A stretch of DNA of 64,000 nucleotides from a virus. The position numbers and the translations under genes are program-made. The stretch lies in IMG/VR virus record IMGVR_UViG_3300045988_122046, one strand, 5' to 3'. This document shows positions 16,196 through 24,894 of the stretch, in pieces; position 1 is the first letter of the stretch, and every line of letters begins with the position of its first letter. Below the pieces are notes generated by a model. That model saw only the letters and a list, made by a program, of their open reading frames with translations. It had not been told where the DNA came from and ran no database searches.

Positions 16196-17017
16196 ATGGC
16201 AGACCTTAACACAATAATTAAAACTGCGAGTGGTATTCAAGAGCATTATCTTGAATCTAAACAATACTTTGCTAAGAATAATATTGTAGGTATTTTTCTT
16301 CAGGGTAGTCAGAATTATGGTCTTGAGACTGAAGATTCTGATATTGATACAAAACTTATTACCACTCCGACATTAAATGATTTTATTTATAATCGTAAGC
16401 CTATGTCTACAACTCATTTTAGGGCTAATGGGGAACATATTGACTTTAAAGATATTAGGCTTATGTTTGATACTTTCCGCAAACAGAATCTAAATTTTAT
16501 TGAAATTCTTTTTACTAATTATAAAATTATCAACCCAATGTATGAAAAAGAATGGAATAAGTTAATTGCGGAAAATGAAGTTATTGCACATTATAACCCT
16601 TATTTCGCAGTAAAAGCTATGTCTGGTATTGCTCTTGGAAAAAGATATGCTCTTACCAAAGAGACTGAAGCTCATAAAGAAGCCTTTGAAAAGTTTAACT
16701 ATGACCCAAAACAGCTTTATCAGCTTGTAAGGATTGACGAATATCTTGATAAGTATATTGCTGGAGCACCATATAAAGAATGTTTATGTCCAGCTAATCC
16801 GCAATATTTAAAAGACATTAAAACTGGTCTTTATTCAAAAGAAGAAGCTATTAAAGTTGCAGATGAGTATATGGCTCATATTGATAAAATTTGTGCCCCA
16901 TATACGAAAGATTCTGAATTTAACTATACTAATGAAGAAGCTGAAAATCTTCTTCAAGAAGTTCAAGCAGAAATTATGAAGAAAAGTCTTGCTTTTGAGC
17001 TGGAGGAAAAGAAATGA
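16196..17017 (+). CDS. Pol-beta-superfamily nucleotidyltransferase
   Basis: GS-X9-DxD motif QGSQNYGLETEDSDIDT. Confidence 0.55.
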   Translation: MADLNTIIKTASGIQEHYLESKQYFAKNNIVGIFLQGSQNYGLETEDSDIDTKLITTPTLNDFIYNRKPMSTTHFRANGEHIDFKDIRLMFDTFRKQNLNFIEILFTNYKIINPMYEKEWNKLIAENEVIAHYNPYFAVKAMSGIALGKRYALTKETEAHKEAFEKFNYDPKQLYQLVRIDEYLDKYIAGAPYKECLCPANPQYLKDIKTGLYSKEEAIKVADEYMAHIDKICAPYTKDSEFNYTNEEAENLLQEVQAEIMKKSLAFELEEKK

Positions 17018-17802
17018 TTAAACAGTTTTTTGTAACAGGAGATACTCATGGTTGTATGGATCGTTTTGAATGGCTTGAGATACAAAATCCAAAAGAAACT
17101 GGTATTATTATCTTAGGAGATGCAGGTGTCAATTTTTATAAGAGTGCGGCAAGGCGGCATGATATTAAGATGCAACTTGAGCAATATGGATGTACATTTT
17201 ATTTGGTAAGGGGGAATCATGAAGCTCGTCCAGAAGATGTTAAAGGTATTGAAGAGGTTTGGGATGATGATGTTGCGAATTATGTTTTCATTGAACCCGG
17301 TTATCCTCATATCCATTATCTCATGGATGGTTCTAATTATGATTTTCTGGGTCATAATACGCTTGTAATAGGTGGAGCTTATTCTGTAGATAAGTGGTAT
17401 AGACTTGAAAATCATTATACTTGGTATCCAAATGAGCAGTTAACAGAGGCGGAAATGCAGGCTATTGAAGCAATGTATGCGGGACAGAGTTTTGATTTTA
17501 TCTTTACTCATACTTGTCCATTAAGTTGGGAGCCAACTGATTTATTTTTATCTATGATTGATCAGTCCACTGTAGATGATTCTATGGAAGTTTGGTTTGA
17601 TTCTTTTAAAGATAAGATTAATTGGAACGTTTGGCTTTTTGGTCACTTCCACGCAGATAGAATGGAGCGCCCGCATGTTGAACAATATTTTAAAGCAATC
17701 GAAGATTTAGAAGAGGTATGGAAAAGATGGAACGACCCAAATTATTTACTTCCTGCTTATTTCAGAAAATCTCCTAATTTTGATAAAGGAAAAACTGAAT
17801 AA
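17014..17802 (+). CDS. calcineurin-like metallophosphoesterase
   Basis: GDTHG, GDAG, GNHE motifs. Confidence 0.65.
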   Translation: MIKQFFVTGDTHGCMDRFEWLEIQNPKETGIIILGDAGVNFYKSAARRHDIKMQLEQYGCTFYLVRGNHEARPEDVKGIEEVWDDDVANYVFIEPGYPHIHYLMDGSNYDFLGHNTLVIGGAYSVDKWYRLENHYTWYPNEQLTEAEMQAIEAMYAGQSFDFIFTHTCPLSWEPTDLFLSMIDQSTVDDSMEVWFDSFKDKINWNVWLFGHFHADRMERPHVEQYFKAIEDLEEVWKRWNDPNYLLPAYFRKSPNFDKGKTE

Positions 17803-17816
17803 GTTTTTCCTTTATT
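17788..17816 (+). terminator. terminator hairpin fused to promoter
   Basis: ggaaaaact-gaataa-agtttttcc + tttatt. Confidence 0.5.
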
Positions 17817-17843
17817 GATTTTTTATTAAAATTATAATATAAT
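17815..17843 (+). promoter_or_regulatory. conserved phage promoter
   Basis: TTGATT 17815-17820, TATAAT 17838-17843, leader TATAGAAAGTTAAGGAAAGG. Confidence 0.6.
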
Positions 17844-17877
17844 ATATATAGAAAGTTAAGGAAAGGATAAAAAAGAA

Positions 17878-18060
17878 ATGATTAAAATTCTTAAACCTGG
17901 CGAAAAATATGGCTATCGGTTAAAATGCTCAAAATGTCATTGTGTATTTATTGCGTCACAAGATGAATGTCGAAATTCTATTTTTTCTTATTTTAGATGT
18001 CCAGATTGTGGAAGCATCGTTGAAAAGAAACTTTATACTAAAAAAGTAAGACTTGACTAA
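17878..18060 (+). CDS. small zinc-ribbon protein
   Basis: CSKCHC ... CPDCG. Confidence 0.45.
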   Translation: MIKILKPGEKYGYRLKCSKCHCVFIASQDECRNSIFSYFRCPDCGSIVEKKLYTKKVRLD

Positions 18061-18078
18061 AGAGAGGATTGATATATT

Positions 18079-18897
18079 ATGAAATATTTTATTGACTTTG
18101 AAGCAATGCAGTTTTCCAATTACATTATTTCTGTTGGATGTGTTCGAGAAGATGGAAAAGAATTTTACTCTCTTGTACACACACCAGAGAATACAAAGAA
18201 GAATGTTTCTAAGTTTATCACTGATTTAACAGGTATTACTACAGAAATGGTTGAAGCAGCTCCTTCTCCAGAAGAAGTATTCAATAAGTTCTTTGATTTT
18301 TGTTTTGGAGATTGCGGCGATGATATTCCTGAGTTTTATTGTTATGGGAATTGTGATACAGATTTTATCAAAGCAACCTTTCGCAAAACAAATAGCTTTA
18401 AGGCAAAAGCAATCCTTGGCTATATGAATACAGATATGAAGGATTTTGCTCCTGCTGTCAAGGTGCATTTTGGTTTAATTAAATTGATTAATCTCGCTAA
18501 AGTCTGCGAATATTTTAGAGGAGAAGAAATTGTTCAGACTCATAATTCTCTTGATGACGCAAAGATGTTAAAAGAGGTTTATGAAGGTTGTAAAAATGAA
18601 AAGGCTTCTGACGTAGATGCAAATGTTTTTATGGAATATAAAGAAATTACAACTGATCAGATTGAATATGAAGATACTCGTTTTGATGTTTTCTGTTGTC
18701 CTACTAAAAACTTTGAAGAAGAGAGAACTAAGAAGTTTGAGAATCTTAAAGAAGCAGTTGAATATGTTAAAACATATGATAAGAGTATGAGAAATAATCC
18801 AACTGTAAATGTAAACAATGTAGCCAAAAGGATTAAAAAATCCTACAATACAAAGAAACAATACAACTTCTACTATTGGAAATTTGAGGTGAAATAA
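18079..18897 (+). CDS. DEDDh 3'-5' exonuclease (DnaQ/epsilon-like)
   Basis: Exo I FIDFEAMQF, Exo II YCYGNCDTDF, Exo III HNSLDDAKMLKEVY. Confidence 0.7.
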   Translation: MKYFIDFEAMQFSNYIISVGCVREDGKEFYSLVHTPENTKKNVSKFITDLTGITTEMVEAAPSPEEVFNKFFDFCFGDCGDDIPEFYCYGNCDTDFIKATFRKTNSFKAKAILGYMNTDMKDFAPAVKVHFGLIKLINLAKVCEYFRGEEIVQTHNSLDDAKMLKEVYEGCKNEKASDVDANVFMEYKEITTDQIEYEDTRFDVFCCPTKNFEEERTKKFENLKEAVEYVKTYDKSMRNNPTVNVNNVAKRIKKSYNTKKQYNFYYWKFEVK

Positions 18898-19226
18898 TGA
18901 TTAAACTTTGGATTGATGATATGCGGCCCGCGCCAGATGAATCTTATATTTGGATTAAGAGTGTTTGGGATGCAGAAATGTGTCTTACTACTCTTGTCAG
19001 ACCAGAAGGAGACATTCTTGAAGTTAATGAAATTAATTTAGATCATGATGCTGGTGAATATTATGAAAAAGGCGGAGATTATATTAAAATTCTTGATTGG
19101 CTTGAATGTTGCCAAAGATTGCGGGGTTGGCACATTTATGCAACTTTTAAATTTCATAGTATGAATCCTGTTGGAGTTCAGAATATGAAAAGAGTTTGTA
19201 GAGAAGCTGGTTGGAGAGTTGAATAA
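18897..19226 (+). CDS. hypothetical protein
   Basis: ATG overlaps upstream stop (ATGA). Confidence 0.45.
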   Translation: MIKLWIDDMRPAPDESYIWIKSVWDAEMCLTTLVRPEGDILEVNEINLDHDAGEYYEKGGDYIKILDWLECCQRLRGWHIYATFKFHSMNPVGVQNMKRVCREAGWRVE

Positions 19227-19612
19227 TGAACTATTGGAAAAAACAAAGATTAAAAGAAATTATGAAGCACATTGTAGTTGTGGTGCTTATTGTCGCAGCT
19301 TGTATTGGAATTATAGCTGGGATAAAGAAGTATTATGACCAATTTTATTTAAAAACTGAAGTAAGAACAGTTGAAGTTATAAATAAAGAGGATGATGTGC
19401 ATCATTCTGTTGTAATGAGTGGGAAGGTTCTTATTCCTGTTACAACTCATTCATATTATTTATATGGCGTAAATAATGAAAAAGTAGACGTTTCTTCTTC
19501 TATCTTTAATACTATTAAAGAAGGAGATGAAATACAAGTAGAATGTACCTATATTTACTATAAAAAAGATGATTCTTTGCATAAAATAGAGTATAAATAT
19601 TTAGAGGAATAA
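19226..19612 (+). CDS. membrane protein (one TM helix)
   Basis: HIVVVVLIVAACIGIIAGI. Confidence 0.45.
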   Translation: MNYWKKQRLKEIMKHIVVVVLIVAACIGIIAGIKKYYDQFYLKTEVRTVEVINKEDDVHHSVVMSGKVLIPVTTHSYYLYGVNNEKVDVSSSIFNTIKEGDEIQVECTYIYYKKDDSLHKIEYKYLEE

Positions 19613-19615
19613 AAT

Positions 19616-20191
19616 ATGAAAATTAAAAACTTTTTTGGACATTTAAAAACAGTATGTAAACATAAATATTGGGTAGGAAAATACTGCTTTAAAATTGGTC
19701 TTTATAAGCAGGGAATTACACATGATTTATCTAAATTTTCTCCTGTTGAATTTTGGGAAGGTGTCAAATATTGGCAGGGGACTCGTTCTCCAATAGATGC
19801 TTGTAAAGAGGAAAATGGGATGTCCTTTGCTTGGCAGCATCATAAAGGTCGGAATCGACATCACTACGAGTACTGGTTCGATAACCTTGATAAAGGTGGC
19901 ACCGCACTACCAATGCCAGACAAGTATCTTTTGGAATTACTTTGTGATTATTTAGGTGCGGGACGTGCTTATATGGGAAAAAATTTTACATATGAAGGAG
20001 AATATAAGTGGTGGCAGAATAAAATTAAAAATCCTATCGCCATGCATCCTGCTACTAAAGCTTTTATAGATAAAGTATTATCTCGTTTAGCGTGGAGAGA
20101 GCGACATAATATTGGATATAAGGCACTTTTAAATAAGAAAAATCTCATTAAGATTTATCACGAATGTTTGAAAGAAACAGACCTTAATTGA
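19616..20191 (+). CDS. hypothetical His-rich protein
   Basis: ORF with RBS ggaataaaat. Confidence 0.45.
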   Translation: MKIKNFFGHLKTVCKHKYWVGKYCFKIGLYKQGITHDLSKFSPVEFWEGVKYWQGTRSPIDACKEENGMSFAWQHHKGRNRHHYEYWFDNLDKGGTALPMPDKYLLELLCDYLGAGRAYMGKNFTYEGEYKWWQNKIKNPIAMHPATKAFIDKVLSRLAWRERHNIGYKALLNKKNLIKIYHECLKETDLN

Positions 20192-20216
20192 TTTACTTTT
20201 AAAATTTTTATATAAT
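20188..20216 (+). promoter_or_regulatory. conserved phage promoter
   Basis: TTGATT 20188-20193, TATAAT 20211-20216. Confidence 0.5.
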
Positions 20217-20239
20217 GTATTTACAATAAATAAAGGAGA

Positions 20240-21418
20240 TTGATAGGTATGCTGAATGAAAAGAAAGAAAGAGAGCTTGCTTATGTTGTCAAAGTTGACG
20301 AGATTCGTCCTATTGAAGGAGCTGATAGAGTAGAAGTAGCTATCGTAAATGGTTGGCATATTATGGTTCGTAAAGACCAGTTTAAGCCAGGTGATTTAGC
20401 TGTTTACTTTGAGATTGATTCTAAAGTTCCAGCAGAAGAGCCATTTATGTTTCTTGAGCCGAAGCATTTTAAAATTAAGACTCAGAAATATTTTAAAGGT
20501 ACTGTAATTTCTCAGGGTCTGCTGATGGGCTTTGAGGACTTCGGTTGGGAGAAAGACGCTTATAAACTTGGCGACTTTTTAACCCAGAAGTTAAAGGTAA
20601 CTTACGCAGTTGAAGAAGATAATGCTCGTAAAGCATCTTCTGTAGATAAGTACAAAAAGATGGCTCAGAGACATGGAAAATTATTCTCTCATCAGCCGTT
20701 TAGATGGTTAATGCGTAGAACTTGGGGTAAGAAAATCTTATTCCTGTTCTTTGGTAAAACCTCTGATAAGAAGACCGGATGGCCGGCATGGGTAGCAAAA
20801 ACTGACGAAGAGAGGGTTGAAAATATGCCATGGATATTTGATAATAAGTCTCCTTTCGTAGCTACTGAAAAAATTGATGGAACTTCCACTACTTTTACTA
20901 TGAAAAGAGGTAAGTTTGGAAAGAATGATTTCTATGTATGTTCTCGTAATGTAGTATTTGATAAGCCTGATAAGAATTGTTTCTATGATACAAATGTTTA
21001 TATCGAAATGGCTGAGAAGTATGATATTGAAAAAATTCTTGAGTCTATTCTTACCGATGATCCTACTCTAGATTGGGTAACTTTGCAAGGAGAGACTTAT
21101 GGAGCTGGTATTCAGAAGAGAGATTATGGACTTAAAGAGCATCGTTTTGCTGGTTTTAATTTCATTACTTCTAAAGAAGGTAGATGGGATTCTGTTCGTG
21201 CAGCTAAATTCATGACTCAGTATAATATTCCTTGGGTTCCTATCCTTGATGAAAACTATATTCTTCCTGGTACAATTGAGGAGCTGAGAGCATTTTCTCA
21301 TAATGAGGGTTCTCGTATCGATGGAGTTATTAAGGAAGGTATTGTATTTAGAAGTCAAGATGGTTCTATGTCTTTTAAGTGTGTAGATCCTGAGTTTTTA
21401 ATGAAGTATCATGCATAA
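20240..21418 (+). CDS. ATP-dependent RNA ligase, DraRnl/Rnl5-like (N-terminal OB-like domain plus C-terminal nucleotidyltransferase)
   Basis: Motif I VATEKIDGTS (KxDG), motif IV-like EGIVFRSQDG, lysine-containing motif V; ~200-aa N-terminal extension as in Rnl5 family. Confidence 0.55.
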   Translation: MIGMLNEKKERELAYVVKVDEIRPIEGADRVEVAIVNGWHIMVRKDQFKPGDLAVYFEIDSKVPAEEPFMFLEPKHFKIKTQKYFKGTVISQGLLMGFEDFGWEKDAYKLGDFLTQKLKVTYAVEEDNARKASSVDKYKKMAQRHGKLFSHQPFRWLMRRTWGKKILFLFFGKTSDKKTGWPAWVAKTDEERVENMPWIFDNKSPFVATEKIDGTSTTFTMKRGKFGKNDFYVCSRNVVFDKPDKNCFYDTNVYIEMAEKYDIEKILESILTDDPTLDWVTLQGETYGAGIQKRDYGLKEHRFAGFNFITSKEGRWDSVRAAKFMTQYNIPWVPILDENYILPGTIEELRAFSHNEGSRIDGVIKEGIVFRSQDGSMSFKCVDPEFLMKYHA

Positions 21419-21432
21419 TTAAGAAAAAAGAT

Positions 21433-21482
21433 GCGGTTTTCCAATTTTTTATCATTTTATAGGTGATTTTTTGGAAAACCGC
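21433..21482 (+). terminator. long hairpin (gcggttttccaa ... ttggaaaaccgc, 12-bp stem, 26-nt loop)
   Basis: Perfect inverted repeat after RNA ligase stop. Confidence 0.4.
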
Positions 21483-21624
21483 AAAGTAAATAATTTTTAT
21501 ATCAAAAAATTTTTAATTGAAATTCTTCAATTCATAAAATTATAATTTTGGACAAAGTTCTGTAAAAGTTCTTCTGTATTTTTTATATTTCTATGAAGAA
21601 ATAATACAGAAGGAGGTATCCTAA

Positions 21625-22350
21625 ATGGGTGCATTTATTGACTTAACGGGTAAAAAAATAAATAGATTAACTGTTATTGGTAAAGGAACTAAACATGGAA
21701 AAGAGTGGTATTGGAAATGTCGCTGCGAATGTGGAAATGAATGTGAAGTTTCTGGTAGTTCATTACGTGCAGGTCGCACTAAATCTTGCGGTTGTCTAAA
21801 AAAAGAAAGCGATAAAAAACCAAAAGGTAATGTGATAGATTTAGTAGGCCAAAAATTTAATAAACTTACTGTTATTAAACGAGATGGCTCAGATAAACGA
21901 GGAGAAGCTCGCTGGATATGTGAATGCGAATGCGGTAATCAAATTACTGTATTAAGTAGTAATCTTCGTTCGGGACATACTACTTCTTGTGGTTGTGAAC
22001 GCCGTAGTAGAGGAGAATTAATTATTGCTAAACTTTTGACAGAAAATAATATTTCTTTTGAACAAGAAGTTTCAATGTTTAAGTTTGCCAATGGAACTAA
22101 TGCTCGGTTTGATTTTTATGTTGATAATAAATACTTAATTGAGTATGATGGTGAGACTCATTATCAATATAATTTACATGGCTGGCATAATAAAGAACAA
22201 TTAGAAGCTCAACAAGAAAGAGATATTATTAAAAATCAATGGTGTTTAGATAATAATATTCCATTGATTAGAATACCATTTACCATCCTCTCTAAATTAA
22301 CAATAAATGATTTATTATTGGAAAATAGTAAATATGTAATTTTGAAATAA
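21625..22350 (+). CDS. putative homing endonuclease (zinc-ribbon repeats plus Vsr/DUF559-like nuclease), paralog of 13194-14090
   Basis: IDLTGKKINRLTV...WKCRCECGN...SCGC repeats; C-terminus ARFDFYVDNKYLIEYDGETH. Confidence 0.6.
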   Translation: MGAFIDLTGKKINRLTVIGKGTKHGKEWYWKCRCECGNECEVSGSSLRAGRTKSCGCLKKESDKKPKGNVIDLVGQKFNKLTVIKRDGSDKRGEARWICECECGNQITVLSSNLRSGHTTSCGCERRSRGELIIAKLLTENNISFEQEVSMFKFANGTNARFDFYVDNKYLIEYDGETHYQYNLHGWHNKEQLEAQQERDIIKNQWCLDNNIPLIRIPFTILSKLTINDLLLENSKYVILK

Positions 22351-22371
22351 AAAGAAAAAATTAATTGAGGA

Positions 22372-22461
22372 ATGCGTGAAGGTCTTGTATTCCGTTCTCA
22401 GGATGGCGTTCAGTCCTTTAAAGCAGTTTCCAATGAATTTCTACTGAAGTTCCATTCTTAA
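22372..22461 (+). pseudogene. diverged duplicate of the last 28 codons of the RNA ligase gene (MREGLVFRSQDGVQSFKAVSNEFLLKFHS*)
   Basis: 17/28 aa identical to ligase C-terminus KEGIVFRSQDGSMSFKCVDPEFLMKYHA; sits immediately downstream of the homing-endonuclease gene. Confidence 0.6.
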
Positions 22462-22473
22462 AGAATGGAACTT
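22446..22473 (+). terminator. perfect 13-bp hairpin (gaagttccattctt-aa-agaatggaacttc)
   Basis: Inverted repeat overlapping end of ligase-fragment. Confidence 0.45.
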
Positions 22474-22493
22474 CTAAGAAAGGAGTAAATATT

Positions 22494-22673
22494 ATGGGAT
22501 TTTTATATCTTATAACGGCACTTTTAGATTTAGTGGTTTGTCTTCTTTTTTGTGTGCAGGCTTCATTCGCCACAACAGATTTTAGGATTGGAACTTCAAT
22601 CTTTTGTGCTATTTGTTGGGGAATTTGTTTTGTTTTGAATCTAATAATGACTATAGATGACTTTAGGAAATAA
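22494..22673 (+). CDS. small membrane protein (59 aa)
   Basis: RBS aaaggagtaaatatt; two hydrophobic segments; preferred over antisense ORF 22418-22798. Confidence 0.4.
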   Translation: MGFLYLITALLDLVVCLLFCVQASFATTDFRIGTSIFCAICWGICFVLNLIMTIDDFRK

Positions 22674-22692
22674 ATAAAAAGGAGTAAAGAAA

Positions 22693-22884
22693 ATGGCAAA
22701 GACACGAGAAATCGCTTGTATTCATTATGTATGTAACGGAAAATGTAATTTAGGCAAAGAGGCTGACTTCTACGGTCATTGCCAGACTTGCAAAACATAT
22801 CGGGCTAAACCAGGTGGTAAGCCCGCCAGAACTGATAACCGCAGACAAAAAATGGATAGGATTTTAAGAAAGGAGAAATATTAA
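22693..22884 (+). CDS. small zinc-ribbon protein
   Basis: CIHYVCNGKC...CQTCK; RBS aaaaggagtaaag. Confidence 0.5.
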   Translation: MAKTREIACIHYVCNGKCNLGKEADFYGHCQTCKTYRAKPGGKPARTDNRRQKMDRILRKEKY

Positions 22885-23138
22885 TGTTCCATTTTAAAAT
22901 CTTTTATTCAGATAAAGATCCGCAGGAAGTGGAGATTCTTTTTGACAAGAATCTTCAGAAATACCGTTATATAAATCTTACTAAACATCATATTTGTAAA
23001 TGTACTTTTGCTTCAGAAATAGATGCTATTAGAGATTTACGAAAGTATCCAAATATTACAGAAATTCTTTTAACAGCTTCTCCAAAAAGAAGCGTTGAAG
23101 ATTTTATTACTACTTTTGAAGAGAGGTTAGGAAAATAA
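22884..23138 (+). CDS. hypothetical protein
   Basis: translationally coupled (ATTAATG). Confidence 0.5.
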   Translation: MFHFKIFYSDKDPQEVEILFDKNLQKYRYINLTKHHICKCTFASEIDAIRDLRKYPNITEILLTASPKRSVEDFITTFEERLGK

Positions 23139-23434
23139 TGTTTCTTGAATTACATATTTCAAAAGATAATAAAAATTCATATCGGAAACTTTGTATTTCA
23201 AAAGATGAAATGTTTAATACATGGAGATATGTTTTTATTCCAGATTTAAACGAAGATGATTTGGAATGTCATATTGAGAGACAGCAATTTCCGAATGAAA
23301 CATTAGCGATTAAAGAGCTTTTAAATATTCCAGGAATTGTAGGAGTAAAAGAGTTAGTTGCATTATCGTCAACTTATAAAGCTTTTGCGCCAGTAGAAGA
23401 TTTTGTAAAAGAATATTATAAAGGAGAAAATTAA
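23138..23434 (+). CDS. hypothetical protein
   Basis: translationally coupled (ATAATG). Confidence 0.5.
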   Translation: MFLELHISKDNKNSYRKLCISKDEMFNTWRYVFIPDLNEDDLECHIERQQFPNETLAIKELLNIPGIVGVKELVALSSTYKAFAPVEDFVKEYYKGEN

Positions 23435-23435
23435 A

Positions 23436-23897
23436 ATGACACTTGATACAGTTATGAAAGAGATGGTTACCGCAATGAAGGCTAAAGACAAGGCTCGAAA
23501 AGATGTTATTTCCAGTCTTGTTGATGCTATTAAAAAGGCGGCTATTGATAAAAATTGTCGAAATAACATTCCAGAAGACATGGTTGATGCAGTTATCTTA
23601 AAAGAGCAGAAAACTGTACAGGAGATGATTGATACCTGTCCTGCCGCAAGAACAGACCTTTTGGAGTCTTATAAGTATAGACTTGAAGTAATTAAAGAAT
23701 TTGCTCCAACTCTTATGACAGAGGACGAAATTCGAGCTTTTATTAATGAAGAATTAATTGAGCTTACTCAGGTCGTTACTGAGCCTATTGGACCAAAAAT
23801 GAAAGGTATGGTTATGAAAAATATTATGCCTAAACTTAAAGGCAAAGCAGATGGAAAACTTATCAATAAAGTTCTTACTGAACTTTTAAACCAGTAG
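23436..23897 (+). CDS. hypothetical protein
   Basis: RBS aaaggagaaaatt. Confidence 0.5.
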   Translation: MTLDTVMKEMVTAMKAKDKARKDVISSLVDAIKKAAIDKNCRNNIPEDMVDAVILKEQKTVQEMIDTCPAARTDLLESYKYRLEVIKEFAPTLMTEDEIRAFINEELIELTQVVTEPIGPKMKGMVMKNIMPKLKGKADGKLINKVLTELLNQ

Positions 23898-23907
23898 GAG
23901 GTTATAT

Positions 23908-24447
23908 ATGTTTAATAGTCCTGATGGAACAATGTATAGATTTAAAAATGGTACATCTATAAGTCATTCTATCCCTATTTTAAATAGGGAAGAAACTATT
24001 GATGAATACCTTGACAATATTAAAGTCAATCTTCTTGATAAGCAGAAAACTATTGAATCTTTAAGAGAGAAGATAGATAATTTTGAAAAAGAAGCATACG
24101 CAACTAAAGAAATGCAGGATATGAAGAAACAGAGAGATGCGGCATTGGCTGATATGTGGAGAGGTTTTCCAATTACTGAGAAGGAAAGCGTAGCTATCAG
24201 AGATTGGAAAAAGAAACATGATACTGAGGTTCATGATAATCCGCATGGATATCATGGCTGTTCAGGTGGCGGATACACATATATGTTTTATCCAACAGGC
24301 ATTGGTACTTTTGGATCTTGCAGATGTGACATTTGTCATCAAAGAGCAATGACTGCAGCCTGTGCACATGGATCTTATGATCGGAATGTATATCAGGCTG
24401 AAATGAAAGAAAGAGGTGGCACTTTTGATTTTCAAACATTGGATTAA
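23908..24447 (+). CDS. hypothetical protein with C-terminal Cys/His metal-binding cluster
   Basis: HGYHGCSGG...CRCDICHQRAMTAACAH. Confidence 0.5.
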   Translation: MFNSPDGTMYRFKNGTSISHSIPILNREETIDEYLDNIKVNLLDKQKTIESLREKIDNFEKEAYATKEMQDMKKQRDAALADMWRGFPITEKESVAIRDWKKKHDTEVHDNPHGYHGCSGGGYTYMFYPTGIGTFGSCRCDICHQRAMTAACAHGSYDRNVYQAEMKERGGTFDFQTLD

Positions 24448-24595
24448 AGATATTATCTTTTTTATTATATTTATAGTGGTTTGTGTGGCAGGTGCTATTT
24501 TAAGCACTAAATTTAATGAGCCAAGTCATATCTATATAACAGGTTTTATTTTTGGCGGGCTCGCACAAATTATTTTAAATATAATACATTATTAA
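24425..24595 (+). CDS. possible small membrane protein (TTG start, 56 aa)
   Basis: RBS gaggtgg 5 nt upstream of TTG; two hydrophobic helices; low confidence. Confidence 0.25.
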   Translation: MIFKHWIKDIIFFIIFIVVCVAGAILSTKFNEPSHIYITGFIFGGLAQIILNIIHY

Positions 24596-24599
24596 CGGA

Positions 24600-24634
24600 A
24601 TGCCCTATCAAAAAGATAGGGCATTGATTTTTTA
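24600..24634 (+). terminator. rho-independent terminator fused to promoter -35
   Basis: atgccctatc-aaaaa-gatagggcat + tgatttttt. Confidence 0.65.
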
Positions 24635-24652
24635 TAAAAAATATTATATAAT
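24624..24652 (+). promoter_or_regulatory. conserved phage promoter
   Basis: TTGATT 24624-24629, TATAAT 24647-24652. Confidence 0.6.
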
Positions 24653-24688
24653 ATATATATCAAATGAAAGAGAAAGGAAAAAATAAAA

Positions 24689-24865
24689 ATGATTGAATTT
24701 GGTGGTTGTGACAGATGTGAACTGGAAGATGCTTTAGAGTCTTTAGCCTATCAGGTTCTTCAGTATCAAAATCCTGGCTGGTATGAAATTCCAGAAGATG
24801 AAATTGTTGCTTTGTTAAAAAATGAAGGGCTTTTAGTAACATCCTTTCAAGTAAATAATAAATAA
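24689..24865 (+). CDS. small acidic protein (58 aa)
   Basis: RBS gaaaggaaaaaataaaaATG downstream of promoter. Confidence 0.4.
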   Translation: MIEFGGCDRCELEDALESLAYQVLQYQNPGWYEIPEDEIVALLKNEGLLVTSFQVNNK

Positions 24866-24894
24866 TTATTATAAAGAATATGAGGTGTAAAAAT

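Noticed and set aside
22418-22798. Minus-strand ORF (126 aa), the only long minus ORF not fully inside a + gene
   Set aside because: It overlaps a + strand small membrane ORF (22494-22673) that has a strong RBS, and a + strand zinc-ribbon gene (22693-22884). Its sequence is low-complexity, and no promoter or RBS is visible on the minus strand.
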